From Phormidium sp. (GTDB taxonomy: Bacteria > Cyanobacteriota > Cyanobacteriia > Cyanobacteriales > Aerosakkonemataceae): a stretch of 64,000 bases of DNA. The stretch spans positions 96,001-160,000 of the forward strand of contig CP143273.1 of assembly GCA_051013385.1 (NCBI GenBank), in the 5' to 3' direction. Shown here piece by piece: positions 9,354-19,615 of this stretch. Position 1 is the stretch's first letter. Each line of letters begins with the position of its first letter. Position numbers and translations under genes: made by a program. The notes beneath the pieces were generated by a model. The model was not told the origin of the DNA. It ran no database searches and saw only the letters and a list, made by a program, of their open reading frames with translations.

Positions 9354-11150
9354 CTATGACGATTCTATTGCATAATTGTAATATCCACAACGCTTTTGAA
9401 TACTGTCAATCGCATCAAGTAAAACAATATTTTCGGTACTTAAGAAAACTCTCCATAAATCTAGTAATAACTCTGGTTTACCAATCTTGCCTAATGTTTC
9501 AGCAGCAATCTGAAGCACTTTAGAGTCTTCATTCTGATTTTTTAAACAGGATAGTATGTTATCTGCTGCCCCTTCATTGCTAATTTTACCTAATGCTTTA
9601 ATTGCACTTTGGAGCACTTTAGAGTCTTTACTTTTCAAATCCTTCATAAGAGCATCCACAGCTACATCATGTACAAAATTATGTAATGTACAAGCAGCAT
9701 TATGACGCACTTTAAAGTCTTGACTTTGCAAAGCATTCTCGATAACGTAAACCGGAAGGTCAAGGTAATCTATATCTTCCTCATCAGTGAAGTTATCTAT
9801 GATATTACCTAACACAATAGCAACCGACTCATGTACTTTAGTAACAAGAGAATTCCTAAAAGTTTTAGCCATTGGCTCATCAAAAATATCTTCATCGTCA
9901 GAATACTTAAGACTGGACAAAACGGCATTGAGAGCATCCACAGCTTCCTCTAGATCGTATTCTGCTAAAGCCTCTGCAACACTCACACTTAAAAGGTAGT
10001 CACTACCGTAAAAATTGAAATTGGAGAGCGCATTTATCGCCGCTTGATTACCAATATTTCCTAATGCTTCAGCAGCAGTATGACGCAAACCACACAAATC
10101 ATAACCCTTATCGTTTCCATCTGAACCATACAAAATCTTGCTTAGAACATCCACAGCTTTCTCAGCCCCAATATTACCTAAAGCCTCAGCAGCACTCTCA
10201 CATAAATCAAGATTTTCATTGTCATTATTTAAAACTGCAATTAGTTCCTCAACAGCTGCTTCACACGCCATTTCCCCTAATGCCTGAGCCGCACCTTGAC
10301 GCAGAAAATTGTTCTGGCTTTTCAAAGCTGAAATAAGGGCATAAACAGTCGCTTCTGTGTGAATTTTACTTAACGCGAAAGCAACAGTCCGACGCACTTT
10401 TGAATCTTGATCGTTTAAAGCCAAAATAAGAGGATAGACTGCTAATTCATTGCGAATAATTCCTAATGCCTGAGCAGCATGACAACGCACCATAGAGGCT
10501 CGATCTTTTAAAGCCAAAATAAGAGCGTCTACTGCTGCTTGTGTTCCGATTTTGCTTAACCCAATAGGCGCAAAACAGCGTACCGCAGACTGTTCATCTT
10601 TCAAAGCCGAAATCAGGGCATCTGTTACAGCCTCATTACCGAGATTTCCTAACTGAAGAACAGCCATCAAACGTACATCAGCTTTTTCATCGTTTAAAGC
10701 CGAGATTAGAGTATCTCTAGCTTCCTCTGTACCTATCCCCCCTAGCGCCTCAACAACTCTCCAACGCACCTCCGAGTCTTCATCATTAAAAGCTGAAAGG
10801 AGAAGGGGTAACGCGCTACGAGAGCGAGTCATTCCCAAAAGCCGAAACCTTACTTTTTCAGAGGTTTTTAGTACAGTGATTAACCTTACTGTTTTCCCCT
10901 GCAACTTTGGTTTTACTGCTCCTGCCAATTTTGCCCCTAACTGCAAATCCACTTCAAGCGCCAATTTCACCACTCGCAACGCCTGCGCCTCATCCTCCAC
11001 CTGTGCTAAAATTTGTGCTATTGGTTCTGTCCATTTCAAATAATTCAAATAATTGCGTTTGAGTTCCTCATCGCTGAGATGAGGTAACTGTTGAAATAAT
11101 CTTTCTATTTCCGAATCCCATTGAGAATCGCTGCTGTCAGTAGAAGTCAT
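9354..11150 (-). CDS. HEAT (PBS lyase-like) repeat protein
   Basis: Repeated 'VR..AA.ALG.I....AV..LI.AL.D' units. Confidence 0.88.
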   Translation of the reverse strand: MTSTDSSDSQWDSEIERLFQQLPHLSDEELKRNYLNYLKWTEPIAQILAQVEDEAQALRVVKLALEVDLQLGAKLAGAVKPKLQGKTVRLITVLKTSEKVRFRLLGMTRSRSALPLLLSAFNDEDSEVRWRVVEALGGIGTEEARDTLISALNDEKADVRLMAVLQLGNLGNEAVTDALISALKDEQSAVRCFAPIGLSKIGTQAAVDALILALKDRASMVRCHAAQALGIIRNELAVYPLILALNDQDSKVRRTVAFALSKIHTEATVYALISALKSQNNFLRQGAAQALGEMACEAAVEELIAVLNNDNENLDLCESAAEALGNIGAEKAVDVLSKILYGSDGNDKGYDLCGLRHTAAEALGNIGNQAAINALSNFNFYGSDYLLSVSVAEALAEYDLEEAVDALNAVLSSLKYSDDEDIFDEPMAKTFRNSLVTKVHESVAIVLGNIIDNFTDEEDIDYLDLPVYVIENALQSQDFKVRHNAACTLHNFVHDVAVDALMKDLKSKDSKVLQSAIKALGKISNEGAADNILSCLKNQNEDSKVLQIAAETLGKIGKPELLLDLWRVFLSTENIVLLDAIDSIQKRCGYYNYAIESS

Positions 11151-11225
11151 GTAAGTTGTTTCTAGATTTTAGATTTTAGAATGGACGGATTAAAATGCCT
11201 GGTGAGATAACAACAAGTAGGAGAA

Positions 11226-11552
11226 TTAACTAGAAGAAGATTCACTTTCTTTGGGTTTTACTTCCAAACGAAAACCCATTTCATTTAATAAAGCTACCAA
11301 AGTATAAATTTCCGAATTTTCATTGCTTAATAGCATTTGGCTGAGGTTTTGATAGTGCAGTTTAGCTTCTTCAGATAAATTGTTCATCTTCTGATGTGCT
11401 GCAACTACATTTCCCATTGCCAAATTTAATAATTTTGGATCTCCTTCTTCCAATGTCACTTCAATATAAGCAGCCGCGTGTTCAAAATCTTTCAAAGATT
11501 CCACTAGGTAGTCGTAGTAGCTATCACTCGCTGGGGTCTTTACGTTTTTCAT
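11226..11552 (-). CDS. Addiction-module antidote protein (antitoxin)
   Basis: YYDYLVESLKD..HAAAYI motif; overlaps the 3' end of the upstream toxin; start taken at ATG 11552. Confidence 0.75.
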   Translation of the reverse strand: MKNVKTPASDSYYDYLVESLKDFEHAAAYIEVTLEEGDPKLLNLAMGNVVAAHQKMNNLSEEAKLHYQNLSQMLLSNENSEIYTLVALLNEMGFRLEVKPKESESSSS

Positions 11553-11868
11553 AATCTGCCCAATACTCTTTAGCTTTGTTAATATCTCGATTTTGAGTGC
11601 TTTTATCTCCACCACAGAGAATTAGGATAATCGACGATCCGAATTGTCCAAAGTACACTCGGTAGCCGGGGCCATAATCAATTCTAAACTCAAAGACACC
11701 TTCTCCAACAGAACGGTAGTCTCCCAGATTACCTTGGCTAGCTCGATCGATCCTAAGTTCAATCCTAACTCTTGCTTTAAGATCCCGCATGGAATCAAGC
11801 CATTCGGTAAAAGGAACTCTCCCATCTGGAGTAACGTAACGTTTAATCTCCCTTGGTTGTACTTCCAT
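11524..11868 (-). CDS. RelE/HigB-family toxin (addiction module killer)
   Basis: GNLGD.RSVGEGVFEFRIDYGPGYRVYF and LCGGDKSTQ motifs. Confidence 0.9.
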   Translation of the reverse strand: MEVQPREIKRYVTPDGRVPFTEWLDSMRDLKARVRIELRIDRASQGNLGDYRSVGEGVFEFRIDYGPGYRVYFGQFGSSIILILCGGDKSTQNRDINKAKEYWADYEKRKDPSE

Positions 11869-11997
11869 TGTTTATTCTAATTGGTTGGCACTTTGATTTT
11901 ATAGTGAATGTATACTAGCAACGGATTTTAATACCTTGCGGTTTATCAGGCTTAATGATAATTGTGCAAGAGATCTGTTGATACTCTCCTAAAACAA

Positions 11998-12675
11998 ATG
12001 ACTCTAATTCTGACTAACGACGATGGTATCGATGCCCCTGGCATTCAAGCATTACAAAAAGCAGTCAATGGCAAAGGAATAATTGTTGCCCCGAAAGACC
12101 ATTTATCAGGTTGTGGACATCAAGTTACCACCACTAGTCCCATAAATGTTTTGCGCCGTTCCGAAACCGAATTTGCCATTGGTGGCACTCCTGCTGACTG
12201 TACCAGAATTGCTTTAAGTCACCTTTTTCCTAATCCTAAATGGGTGCTTTCAGGAATTAACGCTGGGGGCAATTTAGGGGTTGATGTTTATATTTCGGGA
12301 ACTGTGGCCGCTGTTAGGGAAGCAGCTATTTTGGGAGTTCCCGGAATTGCGATTTCTCACTATCGCAAAGGGAAGCTAAATGTTGATTGGGATACGGCGG
12401 CGAGATGGACGGCGAAAGTATTAGCTGATTTGTTCGATCGCCCTTGGGAACCGGGAAGTTTTTGGAATGTCAATTTACCCCATTTATTACCGGGAGAACC
12501 CGATCCAGAAGTTGTATTTTGTAAACCTTGTAAAGGTCGTTTACCTGTTAATTATCGGATTGAAAATGATGATTTTTATTATCAGGGGAAATATGCCGAT
12601 CGCGATCGCACTCCCAACACCGATGTCGATGTCTGCTTCTCCGGTAAAATCGCCGTAACTCAACTAAGGTTGTAA
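11998..12675 (+). CDS. surE: 5'/3'-nucleotidase SurE
   Basis: LTNDDGIDAPG, GTPADC, SGINAGGNLG, SGTVAA motifs. Confidence 0.93.
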   Translation: MTLILTNDDGIDAPGIQALQKAVNGKGIIVAPKDHLSGCGHQVTTTSPINVLRRSETEFAIGGTPADCTRIALSHLFPNPKWVLSGINAGGNLGVDVYISGTVAAVREAAILGVPGIAISHYRKGKLNVDWDTAARWTAKVLADLFDRPWEPGSFWNVNLPHLLPGEPDPEVVFCKPCKGRLPVNYRIENDDFYYQGKYADRDRTPNTDVDVCFSGKIAVTQLRL

Positions 12676-12751
12676 AATAACTAAAGTTTGTTGAAAAATC
12701 TAAGTCAATCAGAAGTAAAATCAAATAGTTGACAGTTGGGAACGAGACAAA

Positions 12752-13684
12752 ATGCGAATCTTAATCATGGGCGGGACTCGGTTTATCGGGGTTTATTTAA
12801 CTAAAATTTTGGTTCAACAAGGTCAGGAAGTTATATTATTTAATCGGGGCAACAAACCTGCACCAGTTGAAGGTATAGCAGAAATTCATGGCGATCGCAC
12901 TGATGCTGACATCATTAAAGAAAAGTTAGCTGATGAAAAGTTTGATGCTATCTTTGACAACAACGGGCGCGAACTTAGCGATACTCAAGTTTTAGCTGAT
13001 ATGTTTCACGGCAAAGTTAAACATTTTGTTTATATGAGTTCGGCGGGAGTTTATCTCAAAACCGATCAATTACCTCACATTGAAGGGGATGCGATCGATC
13101 CCAAGAGTCGCCATAAAGGAAAGTTTGAAACCGAAGCTTATCTGCAAGAAAAAGGATTACCTTTTACCTCAATTCGTCCGACTTATATTTATGGCCCCCA
13201 GAATTATAATGATGTGGAAGCATGGTTTTTCGATCGCATAGTGCGCGATCGTCCCATCCCTATTCCCGGTAACGGATTACATATTACCCAACTCGGACAT
13301 TGCAAAGATTTAGCTAACGCAATGGCAGCAGTTTTAGGCAATGAAAAAGCGATCGGGCAAGTGTATAATATCTCCGGTGAACGTTACGTTACCTTTGATG
13401 GATTAGCCCGTGCTTGTGCAATTGCTGCCGGAAAATCACCTGATGATTTAAAAATTGTTCATTACGACCCGAAAAATTTTGACTTTGGCAAACGGAAAGG
13501 TTTCCCATTACGAGTGCAGCACTTTTTCGCTTCAATTAATAAAGCAATGACTGAACTTAATTGGAAACCAGAATATGATTTAATTTCCGGGTTAAAAGAT
13601 TCATTTGAAAATGACTTTCTCGCCTCTGGAAGGGATAAATCTGAGATTGATTTTTCAGTAGATGATGAAATACTGCAAGCCTAA
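12752..13684 (+). CDS. NAD-dependent epimerase/dehydratase, CSP41-like
   Basis: GGTRFIG Rossmann motif, RPTYIYGP, WFFDRI. Confidence 0.88.
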   Translation: MRILIMGGTRFIGVYLTKILVQQGQEVILFNRGNKPAPVEGIAEIHGDRTDADIIKEKLADEKFDAIFDNNGRELSDTQVLADMFHGKVKHFVYMSSAGVYLKTDQLPHIEGDAIDPKSRHKGKFETEAYLQEKGLPFTSIRPTYIYGPQNYNDVEAWFFDRIVRDRPIPIPGNGLHITQLGHCKDLANAMAAVLGNEKAIGQVYNISGERYVTFDGLARACAIAAGKSPDDLKIVHYDPKNFDFGKRKGFPLRVQHFFASINKAMTELNWKPEYDLISGLKDSFENDFLASGRDKSEIDFSVDDEILQA

Positions 13685-13723
13685 AAATGTAGAAATGTCG
13701 TAAAAAGTTGGCGACAAATGCTT

Positions 13724-13871
13724 GATCCCCCCTTACCCCCCTTACCAAGGGGGGGAACTAGATCCCCCTTACCCCCCTTACCAAGGGGGGAACTAGAGGA
13801 AGCTACGCTATTCACATCACGGGAGAACAAGAAACTGGTTTAAGTCCCCCTTTTTAAGGGGGATTTAGGGG
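13724..13871. repeat. Tandem CCCCCC-TTACCAA-GGGGGG hairpin repeats
   Basis: Two tandem units GATCCCCC(C)TTACCCCCCTTACCAAGGGGGG(G)AACTA plus a related unit at about 13843-13871. Confidence 0.75.
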
Positions 13872-13889
13872 ATAGCGACTGCTGCTTAA

Positions 13890-15357
13890 TTTCTACCTAA
13901 AACTCCTCAAACTTACTCATTCACCTACCTAGAATGCACTAAGAGGTAAGTTTGAGGTGGATTCATAATTAATAATTAAGGAGGTAGTAAAATGAACAAC
14001 TGACTCATGAGGTTTATAAATACATTGACCAACTAATAAAACTATTATTTAAACTATTTAAACTATCAACTTAAATATGTTAGGATATTCCCGGGATAAA
14101 TTGGGTAAAGTTTATTACTTAAATGTGGAAAAGTTTTCAGACAAAACTAAACCTAAATAACCAGCAAAAGACATTAGCTTCTAAGCACGCTGGCGTTTCT
14201 CGTCACGCTTGGAACTGGGGTTTGGATATTTGTCTGAAAGCAAAAGAGGCGAAAGAGAAGCGACCAACTGCTATTGACTTACACAAAGGATTAGTAGCAG
14301 AAGTTAAATCAGTCAATCCTTGGTATTATGAAGTATCAAAATGCTCTCCCCAGCAAGCATTAAGATATCTAGATGAAGCGTTTAAACGCTGTTTAAAAGT
14401 GTCGGGAGTTCGCACACCTAAATTCAAGAAGAAAAATATTAAAGATAGTTTTTATTTAGAAGGAAGTATTAAAGTTTCTGGTTCCCAAATAAAACTCCCG
14501 CGAATTGGCTGGGTTAAATGTCATGAAATACTGCCAACAGTTCAACCGAAAAATGTCACAATCTCAAAAAGAGCGAATGATTGGTATGTCAGTTTTAGAT
14601 ACAAGTTAGAACCAGAACCGACTCCGAAAATTAGAAAGCGAATCGGAGTAGACATTGGGATTAATAATCTCGCAACTTGTTCGGATGGAACGGTTTTTCC
14701 TAACCAGAAAGCTTACAGAAAAACTCAAAAGAAATTAGCTCATCTCCTACGCTCTGTTTGTCGGAAGCAAACAGGTTCTCTAAATCGCGCTAAAGCTAAC
14801 TTAAAAGTAGCCAGACTGCATAGAAAAATCTCCAATATCAGACAAGACGCACTGCATAAAATAACGACTTGGTTAGCTAAGAACCACAGGGAAATAGTTA
14901 TCGAAGATTTAAATATCTCCGGTATGCTCAAAAACCATCGTTTAGCAAGTGCTCTTGCTGATTGCGGATTTTATGAATTCACTAGACAGTTAGAGTACAA
15001 AGCTGATTGGTACGGTGCAACAATAATTAAAGTTGACAGGTTTTATCCCAGTTCTCAACTTTGCAGTTGTTGTCATCATCGTCAAAAAATGCCTCTCTCA
15101 AAAAGAACTTTTAAGTGTGGCAATTGTGGAAGGGAAATCGATCGGGATTTAAACGCCAGCATTAATTTAGAAAATTGGCATCCTGAAATAGATTATCTAA
15201 AAACCGTCAGTTCGACGGGGTTAGCCTGTGGAGAGTCACACCAACTTAATGGCACTGCTGTTAAGGATTCGACGAAGCAGGAAGTAAACGTTGAATTTAC
15301 TCAGGGGAAACTTTCATTGTTTGGCCTTGGTAGATTTGAGTAAGTTTTGCAGAACGG
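13890..15357 (+). mobile_element. Non-autonomous IS607-like tnpB element (no tnpA); left boundary approximate
   Basis: Left motif CTCAAACTTACTCA is an inverted match to right-end TTTGAGTAAGTTTTG; right end AGAACGG; only tnpB inside. Confidence 0.6.
14123..15343 (+). CDS. tnpB: RNA-guided endonuclease TnpB
   Basis: RuvC-I GVDIG, RuvC-II IEDL, Zn finger CSCC...CGNC, RuvC-III DRDLNASINL all intact. Confidence 0.92.
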   Translation: MWKSFQTKLNLNNQQKTLASKHAGVSRHAWNWGLDICLKAKEAKEKRPTAIDLHKGLVAEVKSVNPWYYEVSKCSPQQALRYLDEAFKRCLKVSGVRTPKFKKKNIKDSFYLEGSIKVSGSQIKLPRIGWVKCHEILPTVQPKNVTISKRANDWYVSFRYKLEPEPTPKIRKRIGVDIGINNLATCSDGTVFPNQKAYRKTQKKLAHLLRSVCRKQTGSLNRAKANLKVARLHRKISNIRQDALHKITTWLAKNHREIVIEDLNISGMLKNHRLASALADCGFYEFTRQLEYKADWYGATIIKVDRFYPSSQLCSCCHHRQKMPLSKRTFKCGNCGREIDRDLNASINLENWHPEIDYLKTVSSTGLACGESHQLNGTAVKDSTKQEVNVEFTQGKLSLFGLGRFE

Positions 15358-15431
15358 ATCTCCAATTTAAGGAACAAAAGAGGATGAATGATATTCTTTA
15401 GTTAAAGAGTTTTGTAATTAACAAGAAAATC

Positions 15432-15851
15432 ATGGGATTGAATATCAAATTTGGCGCTGTAGCAGCATCTATGTTGTTGGGAATAACTGCGATCGCACCT
15501 GCTACAATTATCCTCACAACTCCCCAAACTGTAGAAGCAGCAGTGGCTACAGGACGCGGAACATTAGCAATAGGTAGTCGTCCGGCACAGACTGTCAATC
15601 GCGTCACAGTGGATACAATAGCTGATAATACTGCAAAGATACAACTGAGGGCTAGTAACGGAAATCAAATTAACTTTGGTGGAAAATGGGAAAATGGCCC
15701 CCAAAGTCAGCTATTAGTCACCTTAACTAACTCTGGTAATGCAGATGCTTCAGGAATCATAGTAGTCACTTATCGCAATGGTCAACTTCAGTCAATTTTT
15801 GGTGGTGGAAAACTAGACGGTCAACCGTTCACCATCGACTTTAGACGTTAA
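15432..15851 (+). CDS. Secreted hypothetical protein
   Basis: Signal-peptide-like N-terminus, beta-rich body. Confidence 0.65.
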   Translation: MGLNIKFGAVAASMLLGITAIAPATIILTTPQTVEAAVATGRGTLAIGSRPAQTVNRVTVDTIADNTAKIQLRASNGNQINFGGKWENGPQSQLLVTLTNSGNADASGIIVVTYRNGQLQSIFGGGKLDGQPFTIDFRR

Positions 15852-15923
15852 TTATAAATGTGACTTTTTTTAACCTTTAAATCTCCCCTAAATTACCTTA
15901 AAAGGGGGGACTTAAAGTGAGAT

Positions 15924-16589
15924 TTAAGGATTATTTCTCTCAAAACTCCTTGACTGCCAAGCGCGAACTGTAGGAGAATTTTTAGAAAAATTTGCTAGAT
16001 TAGCCGCAAATTGTTGCCGTGCTTTTTGGTCGATACCAAAACCGAAATCAAGGATTGATAAAGTTCGTAAACGCACATCTTCGGGCTGTTTATCTAAGAC
16101 AGAAATCAAAAATTTAGGATTAATTTTTGCCCATTCAGATAATTGATAACCGATTGCTTCTGTGACATATCCATCAGCTTGGCGACTGTAACGAACTAAA
16201 GTATCAGCAGCGATGCGATCGCCCCCCATTGCCCTTTTTGCCAGTCCAGCGATATTGGCGGTAACTTCGTAGGCATTATTGGTCGAAGATCCGCAAGATA
16301 TTGCCGTTCTTCGACCATCAACCCAACCGGAAATCGGTGCATTAATTTGTAGCCAAATATCGGCATTATTCACGACTCGGATTACTGTATTGTTGTTGAG
16401 TTTTCCCACAACATTATTCGGTTTAACTTCAGGACTGGAACGCACATTTAAAGGTGCTTGTGGATCTTGAACAATAGTCCGACAACCGCTATTACTTGAT
16501 TGTTGTGCTAAAACAATAGAACTAAAAAACAAATTAGCAAACAACAGTAAAAAAGAGAGAGTTTTAATTCCGATTTTCCAGGCGTACAT
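15924..16589 (-). CDS. Secreted SH3-domain protein
   Basis: Signal peptide; PLNVRSSP...WLQI..P.SGWV bacterial SH3 signature. Confidence 0.75.
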   Translation of the reverse strand: MYAWKIGIKTLSFLLLFANLFFSSIVLAQQSSNSGCRTIVQDPQAPLNVRSSPEVKPNNVVGKLNNNTVIRVVNNADIWLQINAPISGWVDGRRTAISCGSSTNNAYEVTANIAGLAKRAMGGDRIAADTLVRYSRQADGYVTEAIGYQLSEWAKINPKFLISVLDKQPEDVRLRTLSILDFGFGIDQKARQQFAANLANFSKNSPTVRAWQSRSFERNNP

Positions 16590-16602
16590 AGCAACATTAC
16601 CA

Positions 16603-17124
16603 TCAAGGATTTTGCTCAGTTAAATTTTGGGGAAAAACATAAATAACACCGGAAATCAAAGTGAAAACAACAGAAATCCAAAAAACAATTAAAACCGGAG
16701 TTTGCCAAACTGGGGGTAAAGGTGCGATCAGAAGGGCGATCGCCAAAATTTGACTGACAGTTTTTAGTTTACCCCAAATATTTGCGCCGGAAATTTTAGT
16801 TTGATTAACGCGCCAACCTGCGATCGCTAATTCTCGCGCCAAAATTAAAAACACACCCCAAGCAGGTATTTGACCTAATTCTATCAGCGTTAATAATGGC
16901 CCTAATACCAGCAGCTTATCGACTAAAGGATCGAGAAACTTTCCTAGATCTGTAACTTGGTTAAGTTTTCTTGCTAAATAGCCATCCAGCCAGTCTGTAC
17001 CAGCAGCTATAAGAAAGATTACCAAACATATCCAACGACTTGAAGTACTTGGATAATGTAAACCATAGAGTATAAAGGGCAACCCCAAAAGACGAGACAG
17101 AGTGATCCAGGTCGGAATAGTCAT
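16603..17124 (-). CDS. pgsA: CDP-diacylglycerol--glycerol-3-phosphate 3-phosphatidyltransferase
   Basis: DWLDGYLAR...G.FLDPLVDK CDP-alcohol phosphotransferase motif. Confidence 0.93.
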   Translation of the reverse strand: MTIPTWITLSRLLGLPFILYGLHYPSTSSRWICLVIFLIAAGTDWLDGYLARKLNQVTDLGKFLDPLVDKLLVLGPLLTLIELGQIPAWGVFLILARELAIAGWRVNQTKISGANIWGKLKTVSQILAIALLIAPLPPVWQTPVLIVFWISVVFTLISGVIYVFPQNLTEQNP

Positions 17125-17271
17125 ATATTGGTTAATAGGAGATTCTTCGCTTTAAGTAGAACAGTGAGGAGACAAAACAGTGGAGGAGTATGAAACATGA
17201 ACCGCAATAATTATAGGAAACATCTGAGCACAATATCTGTAAACATCCAAAAAACTTAAAGAAAAATAACT

Positions 17272-17802
17272 ATGCAAAACCGTTGGGCAGATCAAAAACT
17301 GAAAACTTGTCAAGCATCATTAATCTGTTTAGAAGCAGCTTGGAAACAATATCAACAAGCTACCAAAGGCATCAAGGAAGCCATAGCTGACGGAATGCCG
17401 ATCGCTGTATTAGAACAAACATATCCCTTAAATTGGGAAAAAGTTTGGCAAGCAATTCGGCGCAACAAATCCTGGGGACAGAAATCATACCAATTATGGA
17501 AATGGTTGCACCAAGGAGAAGTAATTCAGCAACACTTAATGCAAATTGAATTACTCATGGCTGATTACCGATTACAATTACATAACTCCGGCAAAAACGC
17601 CACAGAATTTTGGCAGGGATACGCCGAAGGCAAAGTTCTTTGTCGTACACCTTGCGAAGAATCACCAAAAATTAATGCTTATCCCACACCTTATCAAAAA
17701 GGAGTACTCTTGGGTTGGCGTTATGCCATAGTCAAGCATGAAATTCAAACCAGGCTTTATTGTTGCCGGAAAACTACAGCTGATTTGTTTACTTGGGGTT
17801 AA
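17272..17802 (+). CDS. Hypothetical protein
   Basis: 176-aa ATG ORF directly upstream of the membrane-protein gene. Confidence 0.55.
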   Translation: MQNRWADQKLKTCQASLICLEAAWKQYQQATKGIKEAIADGMPIAVLEQTYPLNWEKVWQAIRRNKSWGQKSYQLWKWLHQGEVIQQHLMQIELLMADYRLQLHNSGKNATEFWQGYAEGKVLCRTPCEESPKINAYPTPYQKGVLLGWRYAIVKHEIQTRLYCCRKTTADLFTWG

Positions 17803-17805
17803 AAT

Positions 17806-19257
17806 TTGAATTCAAACAAACAAGGGGAAAATACCATTTCTATTTCTCATCAAAAACGCGCCTACTCTTTAGATGCGTTGCGCGGATTCGCGGTGTTAAC
17901 AATGGTGCTATCCGGGACAATTTCTTACCGAATATTACCCGCTTGGATGTACCACGCACAATTACCCCCGCCGACTCACGCTTCCAATCCTAATTTGCCC
18001 GGTTTAACCTGGGTTGATTTAGTTTTTCCTTTGTTTTTATTTGCGATGGGTGCATCTATTCCCTTAGCCTTTTCTCATCGGATTAAATCGGGAATTGCTA
18101 ACAAATTTAAGTTAATTTTGTATATTCTAAAAAGAGGCTTTTTTCTGGGCGCATTCGCTATATTTTTAGAGCATTTTCGACCAGGCAAAATCGCTGATAA
18201 TTCATTCCCAAATAAATGGTTAATTGCTTTAATTGGGTTTGTTATTTTATTTTTCATGTTTGCTCGCTTGCCAGCTAACTGGAGAAAAATTCCCCAACCC
18301 GCAACTACAATTGGCGCTTGGATTTTAGCAGTTATTATTATTTCGGGAATCCGTTATACTAATGGTATAGGTTTTTCTTTAGCACGCAGCGATATTATTT
18401 TAATTGTTCTTACAAATACGGCTGTTTTTGGTTCAATAATTTGGTTATTTACCAGATTTAATTTCAAATTGCGAGTGGGAATCCTGGGCTTATTATTTGC
18501 CCTCCGCTTATCTTCCACAGTTGCTAAAAGTTGGACTGCTGCATTGTGGGCATATTCTCCTGTACCTTGGTTATTTAAATTTCATTATTTATCTTATTTG
18601 TTTATCGTAATTCCCGGAACTATTGCCGGAGATTTAATTTTAACTTGGCTAGAAAAACCTAATTTAGATAACGATATAAATAGGAGACAGAATGATAAAT
18701 TATTAGCAATTACATTTGTCTTGTTAGCTAATATTTTAATCTTACTTATCGGGTTACAAGCTAGATGGCTATGGCAAACAACATTAGTTAGTGCAGCTAT
18801 TTCCTGTTTGGCTGGTTTTCTATTCGTTACCCCAAAAAATGAGACTGAAATTTTAATGCAAAAATTGTATTACTGGGGCGTTTATTGGTTGGCGTTGGGT
18901 TTACTTTTTGAACCTTACCAAGGGGGTATTAAGAAAGATCCGACTACTTACAGCTACTTCTTTTTAACTACAGGAATCGCCTTTTTTATGTTGATTATTT
19001 TTACGATATTAATAGATGTGTTTAAATTGCAAAAACCCCTACATTTGTTAATTGACAACGGACAAAACCCGATGATTGGTTATGTAGGATTTGCCAATTT
19101 AGTTTGGCCGATTTTTATCGCCTTGGGAATTGAAAGATTTGTGATTGCCAATGTGCAAACTCCTCTGCATGGGTTTCTCAAAGGAGTTTTTTACACTTTG
19201 ACTGTTGGCTATATTGTCAGTTTATTTACTAGGTTGAAACTGTTTTGGCGAACATAG
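17806..19257 (+). CDS. DUF5009 / heparan-alpha-glucosaminide N-acetyltransferase-like membrane protein
   Basis: RAYSLDALRG, GLTWVDLVFPLFLFAMG, GGIKKDP motifs; many TM segments. Confidence 0.78.
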   Translation: MNSNKQGENTISISHQKRAYSLDALRGFAVLTMVLSGTISYRILPAWMYHAQLPPPTHASNPNLPGLTWVDLVFPLFLFAMGASIPLAFSHRIKSGIANKFKLILYILKRGFFLGAFAIFLEHFRPGKIADNSFPNKWLIALIGFVILFFMFARLPANWRKIPQPATTIGAWILAVIIISGIRYTNGIGFSLARSDIILIVLTNTAVFGSIIWLFTRFNFKLRVGILGLLFALRLSSTVAKSWTAALWAYSPVPWLFKFHYLSYLFIVIPGTIAGDLILTWLEKPNLDNDINRRQNDKLLAITFVLLANILILLIGLQARWLWQTTLVSAAISCLAGFLFVTPKNETEILMQKLYYWGVYWLALGLLFEPYQGGIKKDPTTYSYFFLTTGIAFFMLIIFTILIDVFKLQKPLHLLIDNGQNPMIGYVGFANLVWPIFIALGIERFVIANVQTPLHGFLKGVFYTLTVGYIVSLFTRLKLFWRT

Positions 19258-19395
19258 GAAAAATTACAAACTTAGGGCAGTTTTTAAGCCTGCTAAAGTA
19301 GCCGCTTCTTTTTGACCAAAAATAATCGGATACAAGCCCTGATGACCCCTCACTCCGAGAATATTGGCATAAGCGAAGCTTTAAAAGTCTGTATA

Positions 19396-19516
19396 CTGAG
19401 ATCTTGCACCAAGGTTAAAAACCGGGTTTCTTGCAAATGGTTAAATCTGAAAGCACTGGTTTTTTGTAAAGAAACCCGGTTTTTCAGGTCTTGTTGAGAA
19501 TGGTGCAAGATCTCAG
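19396..19516. mobile_element. 121-bp MITE flanked by TA
   Basis: Perfect TIR CTGAGATCTTGCACCA/TGGTGCAAGATCTCAG, TA on both sides, internal hairpin AAAAACCGGGTTTCTT...AAGAAACCCGGTTTTT. Confidence 0.8.
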
Positions 19517-19615
19517 TATAGTTGCTAAAAATCTCTGAACTATATACAAATTTTTGCCAATTGCGTTAAATTAAGAAATGTAAAGATTTTCATGAAAAAG
19601 CAAAGTTAGGAATTT

